Below, piece by piece: positions 36,696 to 50,454 of a stretch of DNA of 64,000 bases; the first letter of the stretch is position 1; every line of letters starts with the position of its first letter. The notes beneath the pieces are model-generated. The model did no database searches, was not told where the DNA came from, and was given only the letters and a program-made list of their open reading frames with translations. The stretch spans positions 23,314,098-23,378,097 of the forward strand of contig NC_068998.1 in NCBI RefSeq assembly GCF_001194135.2. The letters are read 5' to 3'. The position numbers were made by a program, and so were the translations under genes. The DNA comes from Octopus bimaculoides. Taxonomy: Eukaryota.

Positions 36696-39104
36696 AGTGT
36701 CAAAACCCTGAGCGAGGATATTGACCGAAAATCTGTATATGTGTGTGTTTGTGCGTGCGTGTATATATATATAAAGCTGTGTATGTGTCGTTATGTTGGA
36801 AAATGTGCATTTGATTAGAAGAAAGGGTGGGGAGAGAAGGTGAGACTCCATACTGGTGTCTCCCAATATGTGAGTTGTAATATTATTCGTTTCTGACAAA
36901 TTCGTGTTGCATTAAACTGTTGCTACGCTGAATGTAGGGTCGACATAAGTGAGATAGAAAACAACAACATAGAGAAAGAATGCAAGATAAAGGACAGGGT
37001 AAAGTAACACATAGAGAGTGCATGAAATGCTGCAATATTTCTTTGATCGCTGTTTATTACCTTTAATGTTCTAATGACGCTAAGCACGATCAGACATTTA
37101 AAAGTTTATATATTATAATAAACGAATGCACGAATAGATTTAGGCACCAAAATCTGGATTAAGCATTTGATTTATACATTTTATTGCATATCTTCCCGCC
37201 CCAAATTTTCAGAATATCTTTTGATTTGTTATTTGTAATTTCTTTGTGAACAATTTTCAGTGGATTCTTAAAATTTTGAACATTTCTATGATGTTGAAAC
37301 ATGTTCATTTAAAATTGGATGGAATGTTTTCATCTAATCACTCACGCACCTGTAATAGAGGTACATAAACAAGTCAGCTCGACTAGGTGCCTTGTCTTAA
37401 ACTGTAAACCTAGTAATGAGGTTAGTGAGCATTGAACTCTTGAATCATTCAGCTAGGAGTCGATGATGCCTACATCATTACAAGCAGTTCAAGTGCAGTT
37501 TCCGATTCAATAAATTCACTATGACATCCTGTAGCTAATTTAGTAGCGTATATCTAATTCTATTATTTGATACATGGCTCCGTTAATGCCGTTTGAACGT
37601 CCAAATAGAACATTTTCCTTGGATCCTAGGAAGTCCAATTCAAAATATTACATTGATGCATTTAATCTAATATAATTGGTAGCCAAGTATCAGTTTGAAT
37701 TGATGTGAAGCACGTTTTTTAAAATTGCATTGTTCTGGGTTACCAATTTAAATTAAGAGTTTTCTATACCTCTCCAGCACTAATCTCTATATTTAAGACA
37801 AGTAACACTGAAATATATCAGTTCATATGTCGGCAAACAAACACTAGATGTTAGGAGCATCGCCTAGTTATAGTCAGTAGTAATACAGTAAACTTGTCAC
37901 TTCTTTCATAAACCAAGGAAAACGGATGAATTAAATATCCAACAACAACAAGAAGAGGAATATCCATCTAAATATAACTTGGCTCTCCTACCATCATTTA
38001 GACTTGTCTGTTACTTGGAGAAGGTTTCTATTTTATGGCTAGATGCCTTTACGATAATGATCACTCTACCACGAAGTGGGATTAATTCCAACGTTCTTGA
38101 AAGTTTATTTCATTTTATTTGATAGTTCAGAATAATGTTCCATTGAATATAGTTTCTACTGTTTTCCTTTCTTTCTTCAAGTTAGTCAGACACTGATAAT
38201 ACCTTTCCTTCAAATCAGCTTTGCCTTGACTTTCATCAAGCAGTAAATATTAATCCGTTTGTTTCCCAATAACCGTAGAGAGCTGCGTTGATAAGCAAAC
38301 AGACAGAAATGTGATAAATCATGGACTCATTCTCACTTGCCTGCACTACAGTACATTGAAGACGAATACGGTAGTTTCTAAGATTATATACTTACCTTAT
38401 CTACGGATAGTAAACGCTGTGTTATAAAACAAATTAGGTAAATGTGTTATTCTGCTGTCGGTATACAACAGAAAGACATTTTACAAAATAGGTTGAATTT
38501 TATGTTGTATACACACAATTATATCCACGGAAAAATATTGTTTTCATCCGAAATATACTTTAAAAGTCACAAAACAACAAATTATGGTAAAAGCCTTGTG
38601 AGGTTTCTAATATAGGCAGTTGTTATACCCCACTCAGTTTGTTATGTGTGCGTGCGCGTGTGTATGTGTGTGTGTACACCACATTACTTCTTTCATCTTA
38701 TACGTTTTGAGTACGCACATAAAAGTTGGTATGCCGGAATAATAATATTGGAGCTTATATATATATATATATACATGTGTGTGGGTGTATGCGTGTGTGT
38801 ATGTATCAAGGTTGCCACTAGTTTCATGTTCCAAAAATATTTTAATATGTTAACAATTTTTAGAGGAAGGGTTTTCGTTTACATCTTGGATTAAAACACG
38901 AACATTCTCGGGAATTTACAATAAAGTAAAAAAAAATAGGAAATCTTTACTCTTGGATTTTAAGTGATTTTATCCTATTAAAGTTAGGTATAGTTGCACC
39001 CCTAATATCGGGTCGATATTCCTCAACCATAATAAAAAGAAAAATAACCCACCAGGAATACCCCGGAAAGAGGCTCTAAGTATAGGTCTCTGAAACTCGA
39101 AATT

Positions 39105-39305
39105 CTAGATGTCTGGTAAAAGATTTTATATTCAAGGCCAACATCATGGATCCCATCGGTGTAGAACAGACATATCGGAATGTCGAACAGCTCTCTCAAG
39201 GAAAGACACGCAAAACCACTGGCGTCACTTAGGGACAAATGTAACATACATGCGCTATCCCTATCCAATATGATATGGACATTGACAGAGGGAGGAACGC
39301 TCAGA
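39105..39305 (+). mobile_element. Penelope-like GIY-YIG relic
   Basis: CLVKDFIFKANI...HIGMSNSSLKERHAKPLASLRDKCNIHALSLSNMIWTL, matching 'CL...IY.A....YIG.T...FKERY.NH..SFR.....T.LS..IW.L'. Confidence 0.7.
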
Positions 39306-39743
39306 TAACATAGTGCATTATTGCTAACGCCAGAAAACACAAGCTAAACAACATTCAGTCAAAAGGTTACTTCTTACACATTAGGGATGAATCCTTCTCG
39401 CTCTCCATACATGAGCAATATTTTACAGAGAGAGACAAAGACAGGCAGAAACAAAGGAAAATACCCCTCGTCTTTGAATATTAACGAAATGTTAAAAAAA
39501 AAACTTTTCATCTAATTTTCATCCCAAAATTTAATTTTTCTTTTCTATACTTAGATATGAAAAAGTCTCAGCGAATGAAACCGGTACTANNNNNNNNNNN
39601 NNNNNNNNNNNNNNNNNNNNNNNNNNNNNNNNNNNNNNNNNNNNNNNNNNNNNNNNNNNNNNNNNNNNNNNNNNNNNNNNNNNNNNNNNNNNNNNNNNNN
39701 NNNNNNNNNNNNNNNNNNNNNNNNNNNNNNNNNNNNNTATATA

Positions 39744-39774
<31 letters not shown>

Positions 39775-41461
39775 GTGTGTATATATATATATGTTTAAAA
39801 TGCCATGTTTTGCGACTGTTTCCGACAGCTAGCCTTTGGTTAACCATAGCTTATGAACGTTAGGATTGCGTAAAAATAGCTTCCTCATATCATTACTAGT
39901 CCCAATCTATGGCTCACTTCTTGCGCTTGTGACGACGTTTCATCAAATCAGAGGGAGCCAGCAGCGTATTATTAATATGATCAATAACATTAAGCAAAAT
40001 GTAAGTTATATAATTAATCAATAATATTGTTTTAAAATTCAACGAAAGACGGTGTGTCAGTGATGAAAGATACGACAGAAAAGTTGTGTATATTATCTTG
40101 TTCAGTGAGACTAGATAGATTTGTGTGACAAAACATAAAGATAGATTAAGCAAAAACAAACATAGCGATGGCGTTTGACATAGTCCCATATATAGGGTAC
40201 TCAATGAAATATCGATGGATGAAAGGTATCATCGATACAATAATCACGAAGATACACACATGTCGTTGGGAAAAGAACATGAATTAAATGATATGGTTAC
40301 CCGCGAAAATAATAACAATCAAATAGCCAGCTTTTGAAATATATGCTTAGGAATACGTAGATTTATAAATGAAATTACTTCACCTGGATATTTGAATGAT
40401 AATGGTTGGAGGATATGAGCCAGGGGAACGGGATTACTTGGAAGAAAGAATAAAGAATTGGTGTAATCCTAGTGCAAATGGAGCAATTCATAAACGAAAT
40501 AGATATGAGAGCCCCTTTCACATTAGGAATATTGTATGAAGCTATATATGCAATTAGGTTCAAGGAAATAACAGAACGAGAAACAAGATTAATATACGGC
40601 AAGCGAATGAAGAACAAAAGAATATAGTGCAATGCATGAATCCTAAGATTTAAATCTATATGCAGAAAACTGCAGAGTTTGAAATTATCTTCCCTGTTAT
40701 TTCCATAAAAGATATAAATACACACACAAAAGAAAGAAACTTGAAGATAATCATGTGATTGATTAGGGTCTAAGTCACACCGGGTACTTCAAGAAAAGAA
40801 AACGTTTATCGATTAATGGTTAAGTCACACCAGCTAGTCTGAAAGAAAATAAATCATATGAGTGAGTAGCGATTAAGTCACGCATAGACTTTGGATAAAA
40901 ACTTAAATATATAATGATAGAGATTGGAAAGTTTAGAAATTAGAGATTAATTTTTTTTTTAAATTAAACGAATTTTATTTTATTATTTGAATTTCACAGG
41001 AAATGCAAAAGTAATATAAAATAAAAGAAAGATGTAATAAATCGGAGAAACATAAGAAAAAATATTAAACTACACGATAACATACTCGAAATTAATGGTT
41101 AAAATTTCTAAAATACATGAATTAAAATTAAAACTAAAAGATAATAATTAAAAAGCCAAACTTTTTTGAAGAATTTAATCTCTACTGTCAATGGAGATTC
41201 CACTTCCGAGTAGTTTAAAGCGAAAAAAAAAATTATGAATGTTGTTTATGAAAATTAGATTTAAACTCCCAAAACATCAGTTTGTGAAGGATTCATTTTG
41301 ATTTTTAAAGTAATATGCGAGCGTTGTCAATTTTACAGTGGTGTATGGTATCTGATAATACAGGGATTTTAAGTCGTGGATCGTAAGTATTAAATGCGTA
41401 CAGAAAACACCGATTGAAAATTATATGAAGATGAAACAAATAAAAAAATCAGAACCTTGTA

Positions 41462-41650
41462 ATATAATTGTTTCGAATTTTGATACAAGACTAAGAACTT
41501 TTACGGGAAGTATGTTAGCCGATGGCGTCAACCACAGTGTGCTCAAATGGGAATTATTTTATCGGCCACGTACGGATGGATAGCTAAGTCGACCGCAATG
41601 GTTTTTGAGCTGAAAATGTAACGAACCGAAAGAAATTCATTTAAGCATTT
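41462..41650 (-). mobile_element. SINE family A copy, strongly diverged
   Basis: attgtttcgaattttgatacaagac...attattttatcggcc...ctaagtcgacc...ttgagctgaaaatgt...taagcatttt. Confidence 0.6.
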
Positions 41651-42073
41651 TGATTCAGTATATTCTAGATTACTCTAGTGAGCAACAGGGCATTTCTTCC
41701 GTTATATCATATTCTTTTCTCGTATGCTCAGCATCACTAAATAATTTCCTTTTGATAGGTTTTAACTCCATTTCAGATAACCACATAGTCTATTTTATTG
41801 CTCTTCCGTGGTCACGTGTTATCTGTTCTCTAATTTCAAACGGTTCCATTGCTTTCTATTTCATGTGAAATCGACTCTGATGGTACGTCATTTGCATCTA
41901 CAAGGATACTCCGAGATTAACACTGTATAAACCTCATATATAATTGCTACGACCAGGCCTACCCTGGTGCACAATGAGAAACCGGTTAAGTGCAGCACAT
42001 TCTTCATTGGCTCCAGTCTTCTTTACACCTTTATCCTTACCAGTCTAGGTTAACATTTTCATTTACAAATGGG

Positions 42074-42076
<3 letters not shown>

Positions 42077-42136
<60 letters not shown>

Positions 42137-42372
42137 GTTATTATTATTATTTCTTTATTGCCCAGAAGGGTCTAAACATAGAAGGGATAAACAAGGACAG
42201 ACAAAGGGGTTAAGTCGATTATATCGAACCCGTTGCGTAACTGGTACTTATTTAATCGACCCCGAAAGAATGAAAGGCTAAGTTGACCTCGGCGGAATTT
42301 GAATTCAGAACGTAGCGGCAGACGAAATACCGCTAAGCATTTCGCCCGGCGTGCTAACATTTCTCCCACCGA
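42077..42372 (-). mobile_element. SINE family A, well preserved, with (AAT)n tail
   Basis: ctggtacttatttaatcgaccccgaaagaatgaaaggctaagttgacctcggcggaatttgaattcagaacgtagcggcagacgaaataccgctaagcatttcgcccggcgtgctaac; (TAT)n at 42077-42150. Confidence 0.93.
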
Positions 42373-42399
42373 TTGTTCTTTACTTGGATGTAGGCAGTA

Positions 42400-42935
42400 A
42401 CGACTCACCAAAGGTTTCAAGCAATGCCTTCTCCTGTGACTCAAAGATACAATACTCTCCTAAGAACAAGACCTGTACACAATAATGCTGTCTTCTGAAT
42501 CACTTCGATCCTGACAGCAGCTCCAATGTTTTTAATATGTTTTTCAAAGCTTTTGGAAACTGCTACTAATGCTCCAGTTACCTCCTGTATCACCATTACT
42601 TTCCTCATGTCACGTAACTTTCCTATCTCGTTCCGCAGTGACTAGTATGTCTCACTCTTTGCTGTTCCCTTACATTTCACCCTCTAATCGCCTGGTATTG
42701 CTGGAAAATCCATTATCTTTGCTTCTTTTTCATCCATATAGATGATCACGATATCTGGCCGTCGCGCCTCCATGACTTGGTCACACTGTATGTTAAAATC
42801 CCAGAGTATTTTTTAATGTTCGCTTTCCATTACTCCTTCTGGCTTGTGTTCATACCATTGTTTATCTCTCTGGAGCTTTGCTTCACCGCGCAACAGCTAG
42901 TGGACATATCTGGCCACATTGACGCGTCGTTATTA
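42400..42935 (-). mobile_element. RLE-type LINE 3' fragment (endonuclease domain)
   Basis: Minus strand: WYEHKPEGVMESEH*KILWDFNIQCDQVMEARRPDIVII...AIPGD...TGALVAVSKSFEKHIKNIG...VIQKTALLCTGLVLRRVL. Confidence 0.88.
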
Positions 42936-42989
42936 TTATCATTATTTGGAATTCACATTTATTATTAGTAGTATTATTTCATCATCATT

Positions 42990-43041
<52 letters not shown>

Positions 43042-43042
43042 A

Positions 43043-43119
<77 letters not shown>

Positions 43120-43366
43120 AGACGACGCCGACGACGATGACGATGACGACGACGACGNNNNNNNNNNNNNNNNNNNNNNNNNNNNNNNNNNNNNNNNNNN
43201 NNNNNNNNNNNNNNNNNNNNNNNNNNNNNNNNNNNNNNNNNNNNNNNNNNNNNNNNNNNNNNNNNNNNNNNNNNNNNNNNNNNNNNNNNNNNNNNNNNNN
43301 NNNNNNNNNNNNNNNNNNNNNNNNNNNNNNNNNNNNNNNNNATTATTATTATTATTATTATTATTA
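42936..43366. repeat. Compound trinucleotide array (TAT)(CAT)(TAC)(GAC)[gap](TAT)
   Basis: Directly visible; gap 43158-43341 inside. Confidence 0.93.
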
Positions 43367-43544
43367 TGTTGTTTTTTTTCTTCTTTCTTCAAATTTTCTT
43401 CCATTTCTCGCCGAGTGTTTTCCGTACACCTAGGGCAGAGAAACTCGTTGTATGCATTCCCAGTTTACACACACAAATTCACAGGTAAAACATGTATTTA
43501 AGAAAAAAAAAAAAAAAGTTCATGAATGGATGTTTTCACAGCGA

Positions 43545-43835
43545 TAATGCTATTCTCAGTACATGAGTCGTTCCAGTTAGCACGTTTTTTTGCACTTCCT
43601 GTAGGGATGGTAAGCCTGGTATCAGTTTCAAATAGGTTTCAGTACCTTTTTTTTATCATTCCTAGCGATCGTACAATCACTGCTATGGTAGTTGCCTTGA
43701 GGTGCCACATTTTTTCAATTTCTATTAGCAAGTCTTTATATTTACTGATCTTGTCAAATTCTTTCACCGCTATATTATGATCAGAGGGAATACTCATGTC
43801 AATTAATAAACACGTCTTCTTTGTCTGATCTTTTG
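43545..43835 (-). mobile_element. RLE-type LINE 3' fragment (different subfamily)
   Basis: KDQTKKTCLLIDMSIPSDHNIAVKEFDKISKYKDLLIEIEKMWHLKATTIAVIVRSLGMIKK...VLTGTTHVLR. Confidence 0.85.
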
Positions 43836-43879
43836 CACCAGAGTTTTTAGTCACCTGTCAAATGAGAAGGACCGTGCAT

Positions 43880-44065
43880 TGTGCCCAATAAGGTGGCTTT
43901 TTGCAAAACATTAATCGTCCATACTATTTCCACTTGCTTTAGGAAGCTTTGAAGTTTCAATGGGATTGATCCCATTACTCCGATCACCACTGGTCTCACT
44001 TTTACATTACCCTCTCACATTAAATACAGTCTTGTCATTTCAACTTTAATTCGGAGTACTTAGTG
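43880..44065 (-). mobile_element. RLE-type LINE 3' fragment (third subfamily)
   Basis: EMTRLYLM*EGNVKVRPVVIGVMGSIPLKLQSFLKQVEIVWTINVLQKATLLGTMH. Confidence 0.7.
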
Positions 44066-46533
44066 ATTTGTTCAACCTCTTTACTCAAAAAAATTATGTC
44101 CTTTGGTATGGATACATCATTCATCTGACAGTATGTGCCGCTCATATTCAATATGACGGTGTTCTTTTGTACAGATATAGATGTATATGTGTTTGCAATC
44201 TATATATGCATGAATTTGTTGTATGTGTGTGTATTTGTGTGTATGTGTTTGTGTGTGCATGTGTGTGTGTTGTGTCGACGCCCCCAGACGATGAATTAGG
44301 CTACACAATACGTAAATATAGAGGGAGGAGACTAGACGTTGGATTGGTTGAGTAGAGGTCATCCGAACGTGCGATATTACAGTGCCGACGAGGATGAGAT
44401 GCTCACACAATCACTGTGTAGTATTGCGATATAACAATATTTGTGTATGCACGCGCTTATGTGAACATTAGTGTATAACTGTCTACGAAATCATATATTT
44501 GGAGCTCAAATTCATCTTCCCATAAAAGTTAAACTTAATATTTTTTTCCGTTTTGTTAAACTTTGGCCAAATAAAAATATGCACCAGTAATTTATTATGA
44601 AATTTCGTTTTGTTCGTTTTACTTCATGAACTTTGAAAATTGTTCTTATTTATCTATGTTTTGAAACGAGAGGTAATTATTTATTATATTGTTGTACTTT
44701 ATAAATTTTAAGTACGTGATCATTATGAGTTATTTTGTGAATTACCTTTAGTTTATTTGCCATGAAATTGAGAGAAACATCAAATAAGCACATATATTTT
44801 CATGCCTTGCCTGTATGCACATTATAAGAAGTGAAATATCACTTTCCCTAAAACCCACTTTTGCAAATATGTCCTATAGTAATTTACGTATTATTCAAAG
44901 CGAATCGGTGTTAACGACACACAATTATTACTCATCATGTAAGTAATCTATCTTTGAAAATGCTGTTTGTTTTAACTATATGTGCACTCGTTAATAACTT
45001 GCATATAAAGGTGTGAAGGCTGTGACGTATCTCATCAACTTTCATTTCTTACTTGTTATTTCGTTTTCAACATTAATATTTTATCTCACAGCATAGACCA
45101 AGCAAGTTTGAAACGTACTCATACAAATTTGAAGCTGTATGTTAGTGTACTTGAAACAGTTGCAGATTTTGCCATAATTGAGAGAGTGAAGGAGAAAATT
45201 GAATATGTACAAAATTTTCCTTTGTATCTATGTTCTGAACAAACCCCGTAGCTGAACAGTTTAAGCTCATTAATGCCAACAAACCACGTACCAGTTTATT
45301 GTATGGGTTATTCAATGAGTTATATACTTCTTTTGAACACAAGCAAAGAACACAATACGCCAGTGTTCAATCAATTGGCAATATATCCAGCCATCTACAA
45401 ACAAACTTGCTGTCTCGAACTTTATAACAAATCGATATAGACATATATACACTTTGAACAATCCGAGCTCAAAATACTAAACTAATCTTGTTTGTTTATT
45501 TACATAATCTTGAAATTTAATTTAAAAACAAAATATTTTATTTTTTATTAGTTTTTATTAGATTCATTCAAATATTCCTCACACCAAAACATGTAACTGA
45601 TTTGAAGGCTTGCTTCCAAAATCATCACACATTTACAATGCATTTATTTATTTTTTCATTTATTTACTCATTCATTCATTTATTCAATATAAATAAGCAA
45701 AACCTAATAACTGTTGCTGCTGATGATGATAAGGACTAATGATGATGATGAATACCACGACGATGACAGTGTTGATGATGATGATGTTGATATTTTTTTA
45801 ATAATAAATTTTCAGAACTAGAATTAATATCAATATTGATAAACATTGTTGTAAAGAAAATCTTCTATGTTTGTTACTAAATTCAATTTAGTTCTTAGAT
45901 ACTGGAGACTTATCCGAATTAAAAACAAATAAATAAATTTAGCGTGAAAAAAAAATAGATGAAGGTGTAGACAAACTGTAGTCTAGTGCAAATAAAAGCA
46001 AATTTCAATTCATTGTGAAATATGTTAAACAGACACTGACTCATTCAATTGAAGCCAACATTTGTTTTTCACGAGATCTTCCACACAAGAACAAATCTAC
46101 CTTTAACATTTACTTATATAATTTATGTTTTTCTAGTCACTGATTATTATTGCTTTTTTTTCCTTAACGTTTTCTATTGTTACTTTTAAAAAATCTGATA
46201 AAGAAATATTTTGCAATAATAAATAATAAATTTCTCATTTCGTTTTCTTATACAGCAAACCTATTTTTACTTATTTTCTGATTTGCATAATTTGTCTTCA
46301 TAATTATTTAACCATGACATAACGGAAATAACACTAAAAAAATGAAAACTTCTCATTCAGACAAACTGTAGTCACCTAGAATAAGTGTCGAGTAAAATTT
46401 TAGATTGAGCTAACAAAAGAGCAAATTTTTCATCCGAGTATGTTCAAACGAATTATTGAATATTTTACCTACATAAAGTGAGCAAATAATTGCGTATTTC
46501 AATAAACTAATATATATATATATATATATATAT

Positions 46534-46589
46534 ATTCTCTTTTACTTGTTTCAGTCATTTAACTGTGGCCATGCTGGAGCACCGCCTTT
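46534..46589 (-). mobile_element. SINE family B 3' end, truncated by gap
   Basis: ttctcttttacttgtttcagtcatttaactgtggccatgctggagcaccgccttt. Confidence 0.88.
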
Positions 46590-46910
46590 NNNNNNNNNNN
46601 NNNNNNNNNNNNNNNNNNNNNNNNNNNNNNNNNNNNNNNNNNNNNNNNNNNNNNNNNNNNNNNNNNNNNNNNNNNNNNNNNNNNNNNNNNNNNNNNNNNN
46701 NNNNNNNNNNNNNNNNNNNNNNNNNNNNNNNNNNNNNNNNNNNNNNNNNNNNNNNNNNNNNNNNNNNNNNNNNNNNNNNNNNNNNNNNNNNNNNNNNNNN
46801 NNNNNNNNNNNNNNNNNNNNNNNNNNNNNNNNNNNNNNNNNNNNNNNNNNNNNNNNNNNNNNNNNNNNNNNNNNNNNNNNNNNNNNNNNNNNNNNNNNNN
46901 NNNNNNNNNN

Positions 46911-46959
<49 letters not shown>

Positions 46960-47230
46960 ATATGTGTATATGTATATAAGTGTATATATATAAGTATATA
47001 TATATATGCATATATATATATGTGTGTCTGTGTGTATATATACATACATGTATATATACACATATTATATATATATACTCAGTCATATATATACACATAT
47101 ATCTGTCTGTATAGAAATACACAAACACACACACAGAGTCATATATGTGTGTATGTATGTATATATATATATATATATATGTATATACACATAGACAAAC
47201 ATGCACACATACACACATACATATGCATAT
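46911..47230. repeat. (TA)/(TG)/(CA) compound microsatellite
   Basis: Directly visible. Confidence 0.93.
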
Positions 47231-48315
47231 ACTCTTGCTTTCAATTTGAGTTAGGATGTACTATAGCTTCCCTGATCCAATTATACTTCCTCGGAACATT
47301 CTATAAACTATATGTGCCTTATCAACGAAGACTTTTCTATTAAGTTTTGGCTACTGTTGTGCGATACAATGCATTCCCTTGGATCAGTGCTGGGCAGAGA
47401 TGGCCAGTCAAGAAGAACGGGTTGCAGTTATATGTCCAATGCAATTCCTTAAACTTACAACATTTATCTCTGCATAGAGACTGTTAAATTATATTAGTAA
47501 TCTGATAGCTAGTGGCTTGACTGTTTCTCGCTTACTTGTTTGGTTTTTATACTTCGTGTTCTGTATAATTATTAATGCATGATTATGATATTTTTGTAGT
47601 GGATTTCGTGCTGTTATTTGAGATAAATTGATATATTTTATAGTGAAATGCATTTGGGCCGTACAATATAATTTTTCGTGGTGCATGTGTGTTGGTTCTT
47701 GGTACTGGATCTTTTATGAAATTATAAATTCATTACTTGTTGTTTCACGATTTAAAGTCTTAAAACATTTGCATTCTGCTATGAATCACTCTTTTGTACA
47801 TTCCAAAATCTATAAAGTGTATGCTTCGTTTATAGAAATAAAACTTAAGATCTAAAGAAACAAAGAACATATTCTGACAAGAAATAAATCGCACTCCTTG
47901 AAGACATTAATTGCTAATACAATTTGCAAATTAAGAAGCAAAGATGAAAGAAAAGTCGTACCCCCCCACCCCATGAACTTAACTGTATTATTATACATAA
48001 AACCACAGCACTTCAACGTGGATGAATAGGGATCAATTTTATTGTTTAATTTTATAAATGCGATATATGTGCAAAACATTCACACAAAAGAAAACCAAAG
48101 CACTAAGATTACGGCAACGAAAAACAAATTAACATTGTTAACTTCAGATTAGAGAAGGGACGCAATGTAACATCAAACTTATATTACCAGGTAAGAAAGG
48201 TGAAAACCGTAAATTATATATAAGAGAAAATATTTTATAAATGAATTTTTAATATTAGTGCACACTCATATTTAAAAAGCATACAGAAGTATATACACAT
48301 TAATATATATATATA

Positions 48316-48555
48316 GGCAAAGTCGTGGCTGTGTGGTAAAAAACTTGCTTCACAAACACATGATTTTGTGTTCAATTGTATTGCGTGGCATCTTGGGCAT
48401 GTGTTTTCTACAATAGCCTCGACCACAGACTTGTCAGTTGACAAGGTAAACGGATAATAAAAGATGTGTCACACACACATACTTTGGTCGAGTTCTTCGA
48501 CTAAAACCCTTCAAGGTGGTACTACAATGAAATGACTAAAACAAAAGATAGAAAA
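48316..48555 (+). mobile_element. SINE family B, diverged and internally deleted
   Basis: gtggctgtgtggtaaaaaacttgcttc...gcgtggcatcttgggca.gtgt.ttctac.atagcctcg...ggtcgagttcttcgactaaaacccttcaaggtggt...aatgactaaaaca. Confidence 0.75.
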
Positions 48556-50454
48556 TACGTACATTGAGTACTACACGAGGTCATTTGACTTGCAATGCCC
48601 AAGCTATATCTACGCGCGCGCGTGTATGTATGTATGCGTGTATGTATGTATGCATGTTTGTATACCGATACTTACATATAACTGAGATGACAAATGAAAG
48701 AAAGTGGCCTTCAGCACATGTTTAATAATAGTTTGAGTTAGCTCCTTGCAACTTAGAGGTTCGTACGCTCGTCAATCCAACCGAACTAGCCAGACTTATA
48801 TAACTGAAGGTAGGGAAGTTATAGATTGTTGCTGATTATTGGGCAGATGGCATAGTATTATCAATTTCGTCCTCTAATCAATTCCCGTTCTCAAATTCTA
48901 GCAGAATGTGTTAGGACAAAGAATTTTGGAGAAACTCTGTCACGAGAGAAAGAAAGAGAGGGAGAGGGAGAGAGAGGATTCATCTGCTCGCTTCAATATC
49001 TCTCTGGTGTGTGTTTGTGTGTGTGTGTGTACTTACGTGTGCTTATCCCTGGTATATGGGCGTGTGTAACTGGTACATGCGTGTGTGTACCTGATGTGAA
49101 TACTATGGTTGGATTTCAGTCAGGGAGTTGTTCAGAAATCCACTGAATTTTCCCCCTACTTTGGTTCAATGCACGAAGAAATACAGTCTTCTCACTTATA
49201 CGAGCCACGCTAACGTCGAAACTCACAGAAAACTATGCATGGAGAACAGTGAAGTTTCTTAAATTCTCTAAGTCAGATGTATATACGTAGTTGCGTTACA
49301 TTTTTTAAAGTTGTACAATGTATTTTAGCATTCTCAGAAAGATAAATCCAAGATTAGCAGCGCTCGGATATTTGATTCTGTTAGAAGCGGAATGAAACAA
49401 TTCCTTGTAATACTTATAATATCTAATTCCACCACTCCAATGCCGATTAAAATAATGATTACTAAGTTTCTCATGAATCACGAAATATTGTAATGGTTAT
49501 GTACAATCGGACTAATCCTCAACAGCACACGGCATTTCAATGATGAAATGCAAGGCTGAAAGGCAATATTTGAAGTCCATTAGAAAGAGTCAGTAATACT
49601 ACAGCTCAGTATCAAGAAGCAAAAAAAATGGTAATTTAGTTTAATCATTGATAAAAATATTTGCAAGATTTCTTAAATTCCAAAAGTGTGAATGTTCCAC
49701 ATTTATTAGCATGTAACGCGTTTGTGTTTTATCCAATATTCGACTGCAGCTATCTAGCTTCACACCTGAAAGTTGGGAGATAAAATCAACCTCAATGTTT
49801 ATTTCAAGGGGATTATAAAGCGTAAAAATATTATGCAAATATAAAATTCTCTGACTTTGCTCTCGGCTTGTACTTTAAGATGTGTTTATGATATAAATCT
49901 GTGTGCACTAATAATACGTGCACGCGAGCACACGCACGCACGCACAAGCATACACACACATCAGAGTGTGTATGCCTGTGCACAGGTAAGTATATTACTC
50001 ATTTACGTTTTTGCTCATTCCATCCATGTGGCTGCCGTTATGCACCACCGTGTTGTCAATGAAATTCTAAAATAGTCTGAGTTTTACACTTAGTTTTCCG
50101 TTTTACATTTGTACTCTGACACGATAATATAAATATACTTATGCCTTCTGCAACTATCAGATTTATGCAGTAGCACTATTTCGCGATTGATAACTTTAGT
50201 GAAATAAATGAATTTGTCCTTTAAATACTTTCCGATATGCTCTAGCTGGCTGAGTCGTACGCGCTGTATTATAGCCATTCAGTATGAGTCTTAGTCGTCA
50301 AGGATTGGTGACAGAACCATCACAATTGGCATTGATAGGGCTTATTCTCAGAAACTTTTTAATCAATCATTCATCGGTTGTAAGCATATGTTGGAAAACA
50401 TCTGATGCTATATAATCTATACTCCTACAAAAAAACGGATTCTTGTATTACTCT

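Noticed and set aside
40140-40450. RT motif-like AMAFDIVP on the + strand
   Set aside because: Single short motif; remaining frames unalignable.
41690-42050. Possible APE relic (NKIDYVVI) on the minus strand
   Set aside because: Only one motif recognisable.
45130-45240. Protein-like stretch VLETVADFAIIERVKEKIEYVQNFPL
   Set aside because: No convincing splice sites or recognisable family.
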